Source: Camelus ferus | Taxonomy: Eukaryota | Length of the DNA: 64,000 nt | NCBI RefSeq assembly: GCF_009834535.1 | Contig: NC_045697.1 | Span: 20,524,001-20,588,000 of the forward strand | Reading direction: 5' to 3' | In this document: piece after piece, positions 26,076 to 39,683 of the stretch | How positions within the stretch are numbered: position 1 is the stretch's first letter | Layout of the letters: each line of letters starts with the position of its first letter | Notes under the pieces: model-generated | What the model saw: only the letters and a program-made list of their open reading frames with translations | What the model was told of the DNA's origin: nothing | The model's database searches: none | Program-made: the position numbers and the translations under genes

Positions 26076-26489
26076 CAGTTTCCCCCCACCATCAGAAAGT
26101 AGAGTGTTCCTATGAAACCTTTCCTAAGCCAAAATGGTGTAAAAGGAAAAAGCAATTACCTGGGACACATCTTGCTAAGGGATGCAGAGAATAAATTGAG
26201 ACAAAGCACAGATGCTCACAGACACAATTCAAGGTTATGATGACTTGATGCTGAGATGCTCCTGTAGTTTGGCGGGGAGGGGCTTGGTGGTGCCCCTCTC
26301 AGTGCCTCATAATGGCTTACTGCAAAACAGACACTGAATGATATTTTAGCTTTTCACCTTTTTTTTTTCATAAAAGTGAATATTCTCTTCGGATATTTTT
26401 TTTCCAGTTAGCAAACACAGGTATTAATGTAGGTCTTTTGTAAAAGTGAAATAGCATAAAGTGAACTTTCGAAAAGTGGGGGAAACTTG
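26076..26489. mobile_element. Tc1/mariner (Tigger-like) non-autonomous DNA transposon with TIRs and TA TSD
   Basis: TA|cagtttccccccaccatcagaaagt ... actttcgaaaagtgggggaaacttg|TA: imperfect TIRs of about 25 bp, flanked by TA at 26074-26075 and 26490-26491. Confidence 0.85.
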
Positions 26490-28334
26490 TAATTATTTCA
26501 GTAATTGCAATTTGAGAACCTGTCAAAGTTTTAAGTTGTTCTATGCAAGGAGAGTGAGTCAAAACTTTTAATTTGTAAAATCCTTTGCTTGAGGCACAAT
26601 GTTACTTTTTAAAAAGATAATTGTAGAAAGTAGAATAACATTTCTAAGATACTTCCCCCGCCAACAATTGTCCCTTCAAAAAGGTTTTATTACAGATGAA
26701 AATACTAAGGAAATGGGCTGTCAAAGCTTCAGTGAAACAAAGCCTAATTTTGAAGTATTGTATCTGTACGTGTACTTATATTGTTAATCCTCCGAGGTAC
26801 AAAACTATTTTCTAATCTACTATATAAGGCAGAAATATAAATGCCTTTCCTTTTTTATCATTTAAAATAAGTTTTAAAAATAAAATTGCCTAGGGCATTA
26901 GAAATAATTGTATGGGTATGAACTTTTTCCCTAAGTTACTCTATTAGGGCACATTGGGTAGGAAAACTGATTTTTTTTGTGAATAGAAGTGAGAAGAAAA
27001 AAAAAGGCAAAAGGTGGTAACAGGTAATTCTGTATTCCTGTTTCCCACTTCTCTCTCAGTTTCCTTCATTTTGTACTGTAAATCAAAAGGGTTATGTAAG
27101 AGGCTTCATGCCGGCAACTATGGGCCAGCGGTCCCAAGGTTCTTGCCCTGCTCTTGCTGTCCTGAGATCTTTGGTGCATCGCTAAATCCCACAGTGTCAG
27201 CTTTCTCTGTGCGCTGAGTATGAGTGCTACATTAGCTGATTGTACATTTCTGTTCTTTATGAATATTACACAATTTATACATTTTTGTTCACTCTGAGGA
27301 AATATAGCTTTTCATCACAATTCATTAGTTTGCAAATTAATCTCAGAGAAGAAACCAGATACATAACAAAAATGTATACATATATGGCATTCAAATCAAT
27401 GTACCTAGACACCGTATCTTTCTAATTGAAGGTTGGTGATCACTATTTTGCTGAATCATCTTGAAGAACAGATTCTTGAAAATGTAGGCTTTGAAACTCA
27501 AGGTCTTGAGTGGTTTCTCATTGCTAATGGTGTAGTAGTTATTGGTTTAGACATGAGGCATCACAAGAGACAGGTAGAGTTGTGAATATGTGAGAAGCTT
27601 CTAGGCAAGTGTATGGGGACCATGGAGCAGGAACCAGTGAAGCAGGAACAGGGAAAACTAGTTGTTGGACCTTAGTGGGTATTGGGTCCCAGTAGGTCTG
27701 CACCCGGGGGGATAGACTTCTGACCAAGTCCAGCACCTAGGGGACTCAGCACCTTGCAATGTGATCAACTCTTTCCCTTTAATCAAAGCATGAACTGCTT
27801 ATTTTCTGTTTAACCTATTAAGACAGTTGTTAATTTTATTCTATTAAATGTAGAGGCTCTGAAATAACCATGATTTTTTTTCAAACTCAAATTCAAGGAA
27901 TTTGTTAGCAGCATTTATTTAGTTTTTACCTTGAGCATCACAGCTGTCACGAGTAGCACATGTAGGATGCAAACTTTAAGATGCGAAAACCTTTGTGTCT
28001 CAAAAAGTATCCTATAATTACCCTATGTTAAAGGATTCAGCTTGCCACGTGTAGTTTCCGTAAAATATGAGGATTAACATGATTTCATATTTTTCTGTTG
28101 GTCAGCTTTAAACATTTATGCACAAGTGTATGCATCATAATAAGAGGCTCAAGAATCCAATCCTTCAACTTGAGAAAAAAGGCACTTCTTTCATATTTTC
28201 AGTCATTTTTGTTCTGTTTATAACATAACTATGTAAATATAGTCTATTCTCAGAATATATTGTAGACATATACATTTTTGACACTTAAATGCATATCCAT
28301 ATACCTAAGTGCAATTCAAACCCTCAGGAGAAGA

Positions 28335-28555
28335 TTTATTTTTCTTTTAATTTTAAAATTTTTTATTGATGTACATTCTGTTTACAAATTGATGTTAATT
28401 TCTGGTGTATAGCATATGTTTCAGTTATACATATCATATATTCCTTTTCATATTATTTTTCCTTATGGTTTATTATCAGATATTGAATATAGTTCTCTGT
28501 GCTATACAGTAGAACCCTGTTGTTTACCTATTTTATATATAAATAGTATCTATAA
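28335..28555 (-). mobile_element. Lineage-specific L1 3' UTR, 5'-truncated
   Basis: T-rich tail then ttttattgatgtac...tttacaa...ttctggtgtatagcat...gatattgaatatagttctctgtgctatacagtag. Confidence 0.85.
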
Positions 28556-28769
28556 ATTTTATTAAAGTTTTACTAAAAAGAAATTAATCATATTAAAAAT
28601 TAGAAACTTTAGATATAAGTCCATGAATTTATCAGCTCTCATTGTATATAAATTCTATCAAAACACCCTTTAGGTATCAGATATGGACGTAACCTTTGAC
28701 TATTTCCCAGATGGTGATAAACAACTATTTTCTTTCATCTTTTAAATAACCTGCTTATCACAAATAATA

Positions 28770-29235
28770 ATAAAAAAAATTACCCACCATCAAACTTACC
28801 AAACAAAGCACTAATGATACTTAAAAACCTCAGTGTATGTTTTTCTCATCACATTTTCCTTTAGACCCCTCAGGGGAGGCCACCGCCCTTAAATCTGTAT
28901 TTATCATTTCCTTGATTTTTAAAAAGATTTTACTATTACTTATCTGTCACTTAAAATTATTGTTCAGTTTCACCTGACTTTGATCTTGATGTCAGTGTTG
29001 CAAGGTATTCCTCTGAAATTTGCCTTTTTCCCTATTCAAACTTACTTTTATGGATTCATCTACTTGATTCATAGAGGTAAATTTGATTCAGTTTAATTGC
29101 TGATTGTACATTATATTTATCCATTATATGGTTGATTATATTTAAGCTATTTTAATATTTTTCTTATTAGAAATAATTCACCAGAAATATTCCTATAGTT
29201 ACTTCTGAATGCACTGATCCAAGATTTTTCTGGAT
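28770..29235 (-). mobile_element. Old L1 (L1ME-like) 3' region
   Basis: acccaccatcaaactta...gtatttatcatttccttg...atttatccattatatggttgattatatttaagct...caagatttttctgga. Confidence 0.6.
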
Positions 29236-29254
29236 TTACTAAAATGGTCATATA

Positions 29255-31325
29255 AATTGAATACAAATTGGTTCTCTTAAATCAGGAATAAGGCAAAATG
29301 GCTAGTTCACCACTTTCTTATTCAAAATTTTTCTGGGGTTCTAATCACTGAAAAAAGGCAAGAAAAATTACAAAAATGAGAAAGGTGGAAGTGAAACTCC
29401 CTAGATGCAGATTTGTGTCTGTTGGAAATTCACAAAACTACAGAACGGCTACTGAAACTCAATACTGAACTTAGCAAGGTCAGAATATAAAAGGTTAATA
29501 TAAAAGAATCAACTACATTGTAACATACAAACATAAAACAAGTGGAAAAGTGTTTTTTGAATCCTATTTTCAATAATGTCGAAAACATAAAAATATGTCC
29601 CACAAAAATAAATGCAAGACCTCTTCTCTGAAAATTACAAATATTGCTGGAAGAAATTAAAAAATACATAAATGGCAATATACATTAAGTTCATACAGTG
29701 GAAGACTCACTGCTATGATGACAAGTCTTCCAAACTGGTCTATTATAAATTTAAAACATGTCAATAAAAATTCTGTCAAGACATTTTTTTTGTGGAAATT
29801 GGCAAGGTAATTTTAAAATTTAGACAGCACTTAGAATTATGAATGCAAATTTAAAAAGATAATGTTGTTGGAATTATGATACTGATTTTATGACTTAACT
29901 ATAAAGCTACCACAATAAAAACAGTGGGCATTGACAAAACATAGCAGTATAATTCATTGTACAAAACAGAGATTTCTGACAAAGATACAAAGACAGTTCA
30001 GCAGAGGGAAAGATGATCTGTCTCATTAGTGTCACTGGATCAACTGGGCATATACATGGAAAACACCCCCAAAATCATAAACATCAACTCTTACATCAAC
30101 CACACACAAATAACTCAAAATATTATAGACCTAAATATAAAACCTAAAACCTAAAGCATTAAAATTCTAGAACAAAACAGGAGAAAATATTTGCAAACTC
30201 ATGGTAGGCAAATGTTTCTTAGAACAACAACAACAAAAAAAGCAAAAACCATGCAAGGAAAAGAAATAACAAATTGGATGTCACCAAAATTAAAGCTCTT
30301 CAAAACATTTGACTAGGAAAATAAAGATGGCAAACCACAGACTGGTAGAAAATATTCATAACATACAGACAACAAAGAATTTATGTACAGATGCATAAAT
30401 ATCTTTCTTAATTCAATAAGAAGTAGATATAACACAGCAAAAAACAGGAAAAAAATGACCAGACTCTTCATTAAAGAAGATGACAAATGACCAATGAGAA
30501 CATGAAAAAATGAAATCATCAGTTATCAAAGAAATCCCAACCAAAAATCACAGTGAGATATTACTACATATTTTTAAAAATAGCTAAAGTTTAAGAAAAC
30601 ACAGGAAATACCAAGTGTTGACAGGATGTGAGGGCATGGGACCTCTCACACTTTGCAGAGGGGAAGTGAAAATGGTCCAACCAAACTGGAAAACATTTGG
30701 CAGTTTCTCAAAATGTGAACATATCCTACCGTATGACTGAGACAGCTGATTCCTAGGTATTTAGCCAAGAGGAACAAAAGCACATATCCATACCAGACAA
30801 ACACTATAGAAAAATGTTCAGAGCAACTATATTTGCAATTGCTCAAAACTACAAATGATTCAAAAATCCACAAATTATACTATATTCTATCCAATTGTCC
30901 CCAAATTATGGTATCTTCTTACAGTAGAATACTTACAGCATTTAAAAAAAAAAGGTTGATACACGGCAACATACATGATGAGTCTTAAAATTATTATGGT
31001 GAGAGAAAGAAAGCCAAGCAAAAATTAAAACATATGACATGAATCATTAATATAAAATTAGAGAAAATGCAAACCAGTTTAGAATGACCAGAAGAAAATT
31101 AGTCATCACCTGCAGACGGAGCTGAGGGAAGGAAGGGGATTAGAAACGAGCAAAAGGAACTTTCTGGGGTGATGGAAGTATTTGCTAACTTGATTATGGT
31201 GATGATTTCACAAGCATACACATACTCCAAAACTGATCAAATTGTACAATTCAAGTATCTTCTGAATTTCAATTATATTTCAAGTATCTTCTGAATTTCA
31301 ATTATATTTCAAAAAGTCATTAAAA
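29255..31325 (+). mobile_element. Old L1 (L1ME/L1MB-like): RT region through 3' UTR, pseudogenised
   Basis: aaatcaggaataaggcaaaatggctagttcaccactttcttattcaa (G.RQG.PLSP.LFN-like); ctataaagctaccacaataaaaacagtg; aataccaagtgttgacaggatgtg; 3' end ttctggggtgatggaagta...aaactgatcaaattgtac. Confidence 0.9.
31250..31312. repeat. Perfect 29-bp tandem duplication
   Basis: ttcaagtatcttctgaatttcaattatat x2 (31250-31278, 31279-31307) followed by ttcaa. Confidence 0.95.
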
Positions 31326-31549
31326 CAGATAATAGTCTGATACCCGTGGGGATGACATAAAGAGTATTTTCAGATCAGTGAATTGTGAAGTGGAAAATTC
31401 TATTCCTTTTATTGTACCATAAGCATACTCCTCACCCCCAATTAAAATATATCATCCCTGTCAGCCTGAATTGTATTTGTGAGTTTTCATACAGCTTCCT
31501 CAATTTTCTTTATATACCTAGTTGATAGCAGATAATTTAACTTAATATA

Positions 31550-31680
31550 TTACTTATTTACCCAGTAACTATTTATTAAGCACCAATTTATGGCAGAAAG
31601 TATTCTAAGCCCTGGATACAGCAGAAAATACAGTTTCATTCTGGTAAAAAGAGACACAAAACCAGTAAGTGTATTCTAAA
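31550..31680 (-). mobile_element. L2 3' end fragment
   Basis: tatttattaagcaccaatttatggcagaaagtattctaagccctggatacagcag. Confidence 0.6.
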
Positions 31681-31778
31681 CTAAGATATATGAAGTAGAA
31701 TAATATTCCCAGTTATTGAAAAAATGGATGAGTGAAGGAATGAATATAAATTTGTCTTGCACGTCTGAACACATTTTA

Positions 31779-32040
31779 TGTTTAGCTGTGCTATAGAATT
31801 GCTTCCAACTTAAAGTAAAAGAAAACCTAATCCATAGTAGTTAAAGAAAGAGTGTTTATTTTTGCCATGAAGTGTGAACTTTGGAGCAAGGTGATGGCTC
31901 GCCTTGTTCCGGTTACTCAGTGTTCCATGTTATCCAGGCTCCTCTGGCTTTCACTTTTTCTAGCTTTCTTGTAGTTTGTTTGTTCCATTCTTACTGCCTC
32001 ATTATTACAACATGGCTGCTGTACTATCAGGCATTTAGAG
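31779..32040 (-). mobile_element. MaLR LTR fragment (old MLT1)
   Basis: gcttccaacttaaagtaaaagaaaacctaatccatagtagttaaag...gcctcattattacaacatggctgctgtactatcaggcat. Confidence 0.55.
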
Positions 32041-32750
32041 TGGGCTTAAAATTATCAGTAGTAATTCTCCTCTCTCTTCCTCAGCTCCAAAACCACTGAA
32101 TAGATAGACACAGAAATCACACACAGTTAAATATGTCTTCTCTGTCTCTGATTATCCTCACTTGGTGACAGGTCTCGGCACTGTAGTCAAATGAGGTCTT
32201 TAAAACACACTTGCCCAGTTATGCACACAAAATGTGCTATGACCCTCCACAGCTAGACTTTTGAAGGCCTCCCTTTCAAGGTCAGGTGAATGTGCCACCA
32301 CCTGAATGAACAGAGAAGACCTTTGTCCTGAGGACGAATGCTCCAGGGACTAGGCTATATACATGTTGTTTCTTTCCTCAGTCTTTCTTCCCCTCTGGGA
32401 AGGGAGTGCAAGAAGCAGGAAGACAATGGAAGCTGTTTCTGCGCTGATTATAAACCAAGATCATTTAGATAATTTTCTATGGAGTGTTGGGAAAAAAACG
32501 GAGCCTGAATATCTACTTTAATTTGGAGTTGGGTTTCTTCAGTCTTTACATGCTTTATCAATAAGAAGAAATTTAACATGGAAAAGAAATAACTGGACCT
32601 AGGCAATAAATAGAGGTTTACAATCAAAATCACACTGAATTCGAAGTGAAGTGAAAAAAAAAGGTTTTGTGACCTTGCATATTGCAAGCTTCTCCATCAT
32701 AGTCTCTGAATTGTTACTATGTTGAAAGGAGTTACCATGTAAGCACTCAG

Positions 32751-32822
<72 letters not shown>

Positions 32823-32850
32823 CATCCATCCTTCCATCCATCCATCCATC
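32751..32850. repeat. Compound tetranucleotide microsatellite (TATC)18 followed by (CATC)n
   Basis: Perfect tatc run 32751-32822, then catccatccttccatccatccatccatc. Confidence 0.98.
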
Positions 32851-33164
32851 GTAAATGCCAGGTCCTAAGTATATGTGCATACATCCTAAGTTTAATGTAT
32901 GTACACTTGCTATATGACAAACAGTCTTGGTTTTGTTCTGTGACAAAAGGCTAGACCTCAAAACCAAACCAACTGCCTTGTAAATACTGAATCTGAGTCA
33001 AAGTGATAATAAAATAAAAAGATACAGATTATCTCAAGCACTGGACAAAAAGCATATTCAAAGGCAGGTGAGTGATACTGGATGCAAGAAAATAAACAGA
33101 GCTATGGTAACAGAATAATAATAGTGATCATAGAACAGTTGGCCAAGTTGGGGCAAAAAGAAAT

Positions 33165-33252
33165 GATTCAACCTAAGTTTTCATTTTATGAATAGTGAAA
33201 CCGAAACTCAGAGAAGTTTAAGTGATTTGGTTCAATGCATTCCGGGAGTTAG
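33165..33252 (-). mobile_element. MIR fragment
   Basis: tcattttatgaatagtgaaaccgaaactcagagaagtttaagtgatttgg. Confidence 0.7.
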
Positions 33253-35959
33253 GGAAAAAAATTTAGACTGAAGTTCCTGTCTCCTTTCTCTCTCTTTGAT
33301 GTTCTTTCCATGATAGGAGTGTTCCGTCAGTCATTTTGCACCGTATGGTAAGGTTCAGAAAAAAATAGTACAGGGAGTTACAGACAAACTTGGTTTTTGG
33401 TATTGGTTGTAGAGAGAATGATAGACAATGTCCAACTGTGTGTCTTATGTCACTGAACAAGAACAACAAAGCACACACAAAAAATCTGCATTTAAATTGC
33501 TGAGGTTGTCTGTTTGAAAGGGTACTGGCCACTGATGAGTTGCACACATGTTAAAGTCAAGGGAGGTAAAAAATAGGGAAGACTTGAAAATGGCCCCTGG
33601 CAAATATGGAAGAATGAATTGCTATACTTGGCTAAACTGGCTTAAAGTTTAACCTTGCTCTTGGATTTGCATCAATGCCGTTTTAACTGTCTTGCTCTAA
33701 AAATCCAGATTTTCTATTTTATATAACAGCAACCTCTTATTTAAACATAATTAGAGAATGTGCTAGCAACAGCCTCAAGCACTGAAAGTCCAGCATGTCA
33801 TAAATGTCTAGCATCAAAGAAATTCAGCAAGGCAGCCACTCTGATGTGCTACCTAGTAGGAAGGAAATTGGCAAGCAGAAATAATTTCAGTGACCTCCAA
33901 AGACAAAGGAAGAGTAGGAAAAAATATCGAGCATATTCAATTCGCTTTCACATTTAACAGGAGGGCTCTGAACATTTAGAAGCTCTACGATTATTTCATA
34001 CTTAATTTAACACCTTGATAATATACTTCTTTCACATCATACTTCGTGACTCTTGTACAACCTGCTTCCCTAAGATAGTCAATTAGGTTGACAATGGCAA
34101 CAGATGTGAAGTTTGGGGTTTCTTTCACGCTGACTTCTTTGTAAAGTATCAGAGATCTTAAATAAATTTAATTTAAAATTTAACAAAAAGACACATGTGT
34201 GGCTTAATAGCAAAATCATTTACTAAAAGAGCCTGTCTTCTCATTTTGGATATAAAAGTCTTTATAATTTGATTTTGAAGGTAAATGGCAACACAGATCT
34301 TATAAACTGGGAGAGGTTGTGTATACCCAGAAAGCACTTCCGAGCACAGGACCTAACCGCTACCAAGCTTGAAGTGTGCTGACTTTTCCTGAGGCCACTT
34401 ACCCCATGGGAGATAACATTCCTTTTCTTAGGGTTGTTCAACTCTGTATCACTTGGAAATTGTCATGTAGAAGAGAAAGAAACACAGGATTCTGATTATG
34501 TAGGGAATGCTTATGAGATTTATCTCCCACCTGACCTCTACTACAGGGACTTTACAAATTAATCTTCATTATCATATTGAGAGAGGCATCTTGTCAAAGT
34601 CTTTATCTTCTATATCTATATTCATTAAAACTTTGATTAATAGGAACTTAAGATTCAAAAGCCTCAATTAACTGATTTTTTTTTTCTGTGCTCCAATTTT
34701 AAGGGAGAAAAGTAATTCATTAAAAGAGGGAAAAAAGATAATTTCAGGGACTTATTATAAAACCTCAACTTTCAGCCTCTTTTTCAAATCAGTGAGTCTT
34801 TCTTTGTACCACACCTTCTACATATCAGATATCATTGAAGATAAAAGAAATTCAAAGATCATTGCCTTCTAAATGCTCAAGTCCAAGAGGAAGGGCAGAT
34901 ATACACAAGTTACAGATTTAAAGACAAGAAAGACTGAGCAATTCTACCTGGAAAAGAGGAAGAAAACTGTTAAGAAAGGCTTAAGAACAGAGCAAATTTT
35001 TCTACTATGTCCTATTTCTTCTCTAATTACATTACTTTAAAGTGATTCTGAAACCCTCCAAATCATAAATCACCAAAGAATAATAATGCTTATTTGGTAA
35101 GGAAGAAAAGTATATTAAATACAGTTATATATATTTAATAAATATTATAGGTATGGAAATCAATGCACATATAACAAGAAAACTGATCAACCACAATCTC
35201 TCATATAGTCAATACAACACCTCTTATTTATGCCATCCTCTGATTAAAGCACAATTCATGACATGTAATCATGTATCTGTATTTTTTTTCACTATACCTT
35301 TAAATTCATTCTCTGGAGCAAGGATTTTCCCATGTTACTGACTGAAATTAAAGATTTATTTTTGTTTTTTTGTTGTTTTTTTTTTTGACTTTCAAGTTAG
35401 CCAAAATTCTCTAGATAGTACTTAATGTCTAGTCCAAAATATATTAATAGTAAAATACAGTCCTAAACTGTATTGCAAGCTACTCTTAGTTTCTCTTTTG
35501 AGAATGTGGTAGGATTATGGTGAGAGAGGGGTGGGGTGGCCTCCTTTTCTCTCTCCTTTTATTTCTTTCTATTATACATTTTGCTATCAGCTTTTTTTCT
35601 TTTTCTTACTTTTTTTTTTTTTTTTTTTTTTGACTCCAACAGTGTAGGGTCTGAGGTTGAGGACAAGGGAAATAGAAAAAGAAGAGAGTTTAGGGAGCAT
35701 GGAAGGAATGGTTGGACCAACGTTAAACTAAATGTTTACTTTGGCTGCTGAAGAGTTTTAATGCTGACACTTTCTTTCAATGGTGCTATATTGAATTCCT
35801 TGGAAATTCACTCACATGCCCACTTGGAGGACATTTTGCACATCCACTCTGTTAAGAAGACTGAAGACCTCTCTTTCCTGGATGACCCTTTACATCTTTA
35901 TCAGTCCTGAGACACCTAAAAATCCTAGAAATCCCTCTTACTAGTGTATGCTTCTTTAT

Positions 35960-36362
35960 GGAGGAGATGGGTAGCTAACCACCCAGGAGGCATATTTCTC
36001 TCTCGTAGTGTAGAGATGTTTCCTCGTGGTGGTGCCTTAGCCAGAGGCTACATTTTGGGACATCCCCTTTGTATCTGTGCTTGAACATGTGTTCTGAAAA
36101 GAAGACCCCATCTATATCAGTTCTGGATCAAAGTGGGTAAGATGTGCCTTTCCAGCACCCAGCTAAATGGGGAGAAAAATTCTAAAAGTCTGGAGTAGCC
36201 ATGCAATAGAAGGACCTTGGATCCCTAAAGAAACTACAAGGAAGAAAGCCTCCTTTCTACGTGCTTGGACTTAATATAAGCTGAAATAACATTCTATTTT
36301 GTTCAGCCTCTGAAAGTATAGGATGTGTCTTGACAGTAACAACCCAGCATGACTATAACCAA
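35960..36362 (+). mobile_element. MaLR LTR (MLT1J-like), degraded
   Basis: ccagaggctacattttgggacatcccctttgtatct...gaaggaccttggatccct...ttggactt...aacattctattttgttcagcctctgaa. Confidence 0.6.
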
Positions 36363-36814
36363 AATATCCCTCGATGAAGTTACTGGTCTGAGTATTGTTA
36401 TTCTTTCTGTTTATTGATCATGGTTCAAATCTGGTCAAAGGTAAACACCCAACATTGTCTTCCCTGACAAAATTTGGGCACACAAGTTGTTTCAGGCGGC
36501 CGCTTCTCCTTTGCTATGCTGTCAAAGCAGCTAACAGCTATATTTTGTTCTTCCCTATTTTCCAGGTTGGAGTCACACATACCACCACTGTGATCCCAAA
36601 ATTTAACAGTATCAATAATCAGCTTTCAAGTGATCTCCTTAAAGCTCTTTTTTTTTTTTTTAACACCTACTTCCTGCTGGAAGCTTTTAAGCAACTCAAA
36701 CCCACCTTCTACCATATTTTGCAAGTTCTTGGCAGACGTCTTATGACTTACATCAAAAATATGGTATCTATTTTCTAAGGGCTTCAAACAGCACTTCTAT
36801 TTTAACTTCCTTTT

Positions 36815-36962
36815 ATATTTATATAGCACTTTGAAATACTCAAAACTTTATCACATTTACTTATTTATTTGACCTTACAATAATATCTATGCAATAATAT
36901 AGACTCACCCCCAAAGAAGCAAGTACTGAAAATATGTTGGGAAAATTATTTGCCCCCAAGAT
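36815..36962 (-). mobile_element. MIR fragment
   Basis: atttatatagcactttgaaatactcaaaactttatcacatttacttatttatttgaccttacaataa. Confidence 0.6.
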
Positions 36963-37121
36963 TTCTGGAGTCTTCCAGTTATACTTTCTCAAAACCACTC
37001 TAATTTGACTTCCATGAATTTATACTATTTAAGGAGAAAAAAAGAGGTTGAAAATCTTTAAAACAATGACGGTAACATTGTTTTTTCCTTTCAGCAAATG
37101 GCGAGAGCGTTGGACTAGTGG

Positions 37122-37277
37122 TGAGGACTCCTTGGGGGGTGGTGATAGAAATGTTAGCTCTCTTAATTGTGGTGGTGGTTTCATAGGTGTATACATCTAT
37201 CAAAATTCATCAAACTGTACATCTAAAATACATGTAGTTTCCTGTACAGGAATTATAAAGATGTTAAAAAAAATAAA
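37122..37277 (+). mobile_element. Old L1 3' end with A tail
   Basis: ggtgatagaaatgttagctctcttaattgtggtggtggtttcataggtgtatacatctatcaaaattcatcaaactgtaca. Confidence 0.8.
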
Positions 37278-37314
37278 TGGAGAGAATGAGAGAAAGATGG
37301 AGATAATGTACCTA

Positions 37315-37515
<201 letters not shown>

Positions 37516-38884
37516 TTAAAAGGAACTCATTAAATTTCATAGCATGCTATCCAACATAGTCTGTTCCTTAATTTATCCTGCATGTAGCATCTTTTTATTT
37601 CTGGTTAGGAGGTGAAAGGGACTCTCCTCAATAATCTGTGTCCCGTAATTGATTTCTAAGTAGTGCAGGGGGAGGAGAGGTCAGCAATAAACAAAGGGGA
37701 AAAAAATGCCAGCACTGAGTGTGGGAATCCTACACGAAGATATAGGTCTTCCTAATTGTATCGAAGCTTAACCCTCAAGGCATCATCAACTAACCCATCA
37801 AATCAAAACCCCCAGCATCAAGTTCAAGGACAAGCAGCAGTGAATTACAGAATGCCAGGCTACTAGTAATCCCGCCAATGGTCTCTTAGAACCCCTCTGC
37901 ATCCTCTCATTTACCTTGGTTTCTAAATGAAGACACAAACACCTGTTCCAGCAGCGGGTGGCATTTGTTTACTATAGCATTACCTGCTGTGTTTTAATCA
38001 GTCTGCAGCTGTAGGAACCCGCCTAAATAACAGTTTATAGGACCAGGTTTTTACAGAATGGTGTTTTCCATGAAGAAGTGAAGTTTGATACAACACTTTC
38101 ATCATACACAAAACACTATATTAGTGACATTTATTCCTCCATTTCTCTTCCCCTAACATTTAGGGCTACTAATTAGTGAATCATTTCACATGCAGAGTTA
38201 GAAAGCTAAGCTCTTATTTTTGTGCCTTCAGGGAAACTCTTGTTTTGTGCTCTTATTACAAAAATCCCTGTTTCTTACGAAGAGAATGACTAACCCCTCC
38301 CTGCTCGTGTGTTCCTCTGTTATAAGCCTCCGAAAGATTGTCAAGGCAACTTCCATCTTAGGAAGGAAGAAAAAAAATAAAAAGAATCAACACGAAAAAG
38401 CAAAACAAAACAAAAAACACTATGTCTAGATGACAATGAATCTCTGTGTTCAAACTCCATAACGACTCTTTAAAAAACACACAATAAGAATTTGAAAATG
38501 ACTCAAATACTACAAGGTAAAAAGAAAACGTTACAAGAAGTGAACTTCTTTCTTGACGATACTGAGGTTTTCTGTAAATGTTATTCTTCCTCTAATTTTT
38601 TTAGTACATGTGTTTGTTCTTTCTGTTTCTTTTGGAGGACGATCATCATTCGATTAATGTTGATAGAACACTTATAAAGTTGGTGACTAAAACAATGAAA
38701 TATATTAGTTATTCTGAACCTCTTCAGGAGAGTAAAACTTTCACTTATGTTTTTAAGCACTCATATTTCAGGGCTCAGCAGAGATGTTACAAAAATTAGA
38801 ACCGTTTGAAATCTTTGAGAAGAGAGTGAATGAGTGAGCGTATCAGGTCCCCGTTTCTCTCCCCATTAACACCTTTGCTCAGAC

Positions 38885-39160
38885 GCCATATTTCTACAGA
38901 GGACTTTCTTACTTCGGTAATTATTATCTATGCCATTATTTTGCTTCATTTTTCTTCATAGCAATTATTACTCCTGACATATTGTATGTTTATTCATTTG
39001 TTTATTATCTCCTTCTACTTAATACATTACAGATACATTTTACAAAATCTATTAGAGTGGACCTTTAATAATTGTTTTATCAACTTATCTTCTAGGTCCA
39101 AAGGACCCAGTGTGTCAGGGACACTCTAAGTGATCAATAAATACACACTGAATGTAAAAA
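38885..39160 (+). mobile_element. L2 3' end
   Basis: tttttcttcatagcaattattactcctgacatattgtatgtttattcatttgtttattatctcc...tcaataaatacacactgaatg. Confidence 0.75.
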
Positions 39161-39334
39161 CGAAGTTAATGGGTGAGTATGTGAGTGGGTAAGTGATTTA
39201 GTGAGTGAGCAGATTCAATGCTCAAATGTTATGAGAACCTCTTATGTACAAGGAGACAAAGTAATTTAAAATAAAAATGTGTATTCTCTGTTTTAGGCAA
39301 GAGGAGGACATTAGAGTTAAGAGAAGGTCTATAT

Positions 39335-39683
39335 AAAAGTAGGGGTAGGTGAATCACAGGGCAATTTAGAGCAGTGAAACTATCCTGTATGATGCTTTAA
39401 TGGGGGGAGTATGACATGATGCCTTTGACAAAATCCACAGCACTGTGCAACACAAAGAGTGAATCCTGACATAAGCTGTGGGCTTTAGTTACTAATAATG
39501 TATTGAACTGATTCACCAATTGTAACACCAACTGCATACACCAATGCAAGATTTTAATAATATTGCAAAACGTGAGAGGAGAGGGAGTATATGGGAACTC
39601 TCTGTACTATGTGATTCTTCTATAAAGAGAAAACTACTCTAGGAAATAAAGTCTATTAAATTTTTAAAAATAGGTAAAAAAAA
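39335..39683 (+). mobile_element. Old L1 (L1MC1/2-like) 3' end
   Basis: gcagtgaaactatcctgtatgatg...acacaaagagtgaatcct...gggctttagttactaataatgtat...atatgggaactctctgtact...aaataaagtctattaa. Confidence 0.85.

Noticed and set aside
27530..27760. GC-richer block resembling an LTR fragment
   Set aside because: Could not assign termini, TSD or family with confidence.
31250..31312. 29-bp direct repeat as a CRISPR-like array
   Set aside because: Only two adjacent copies, no spacers, no cas genes, and a eukaryotic L1 context.
36395..36778. 127-aa ORF with an internal acceptor-like ttttccag
   Set aside because: Non-ATG start, runs through a T homopolymer, no homology and no matching strong donor site.
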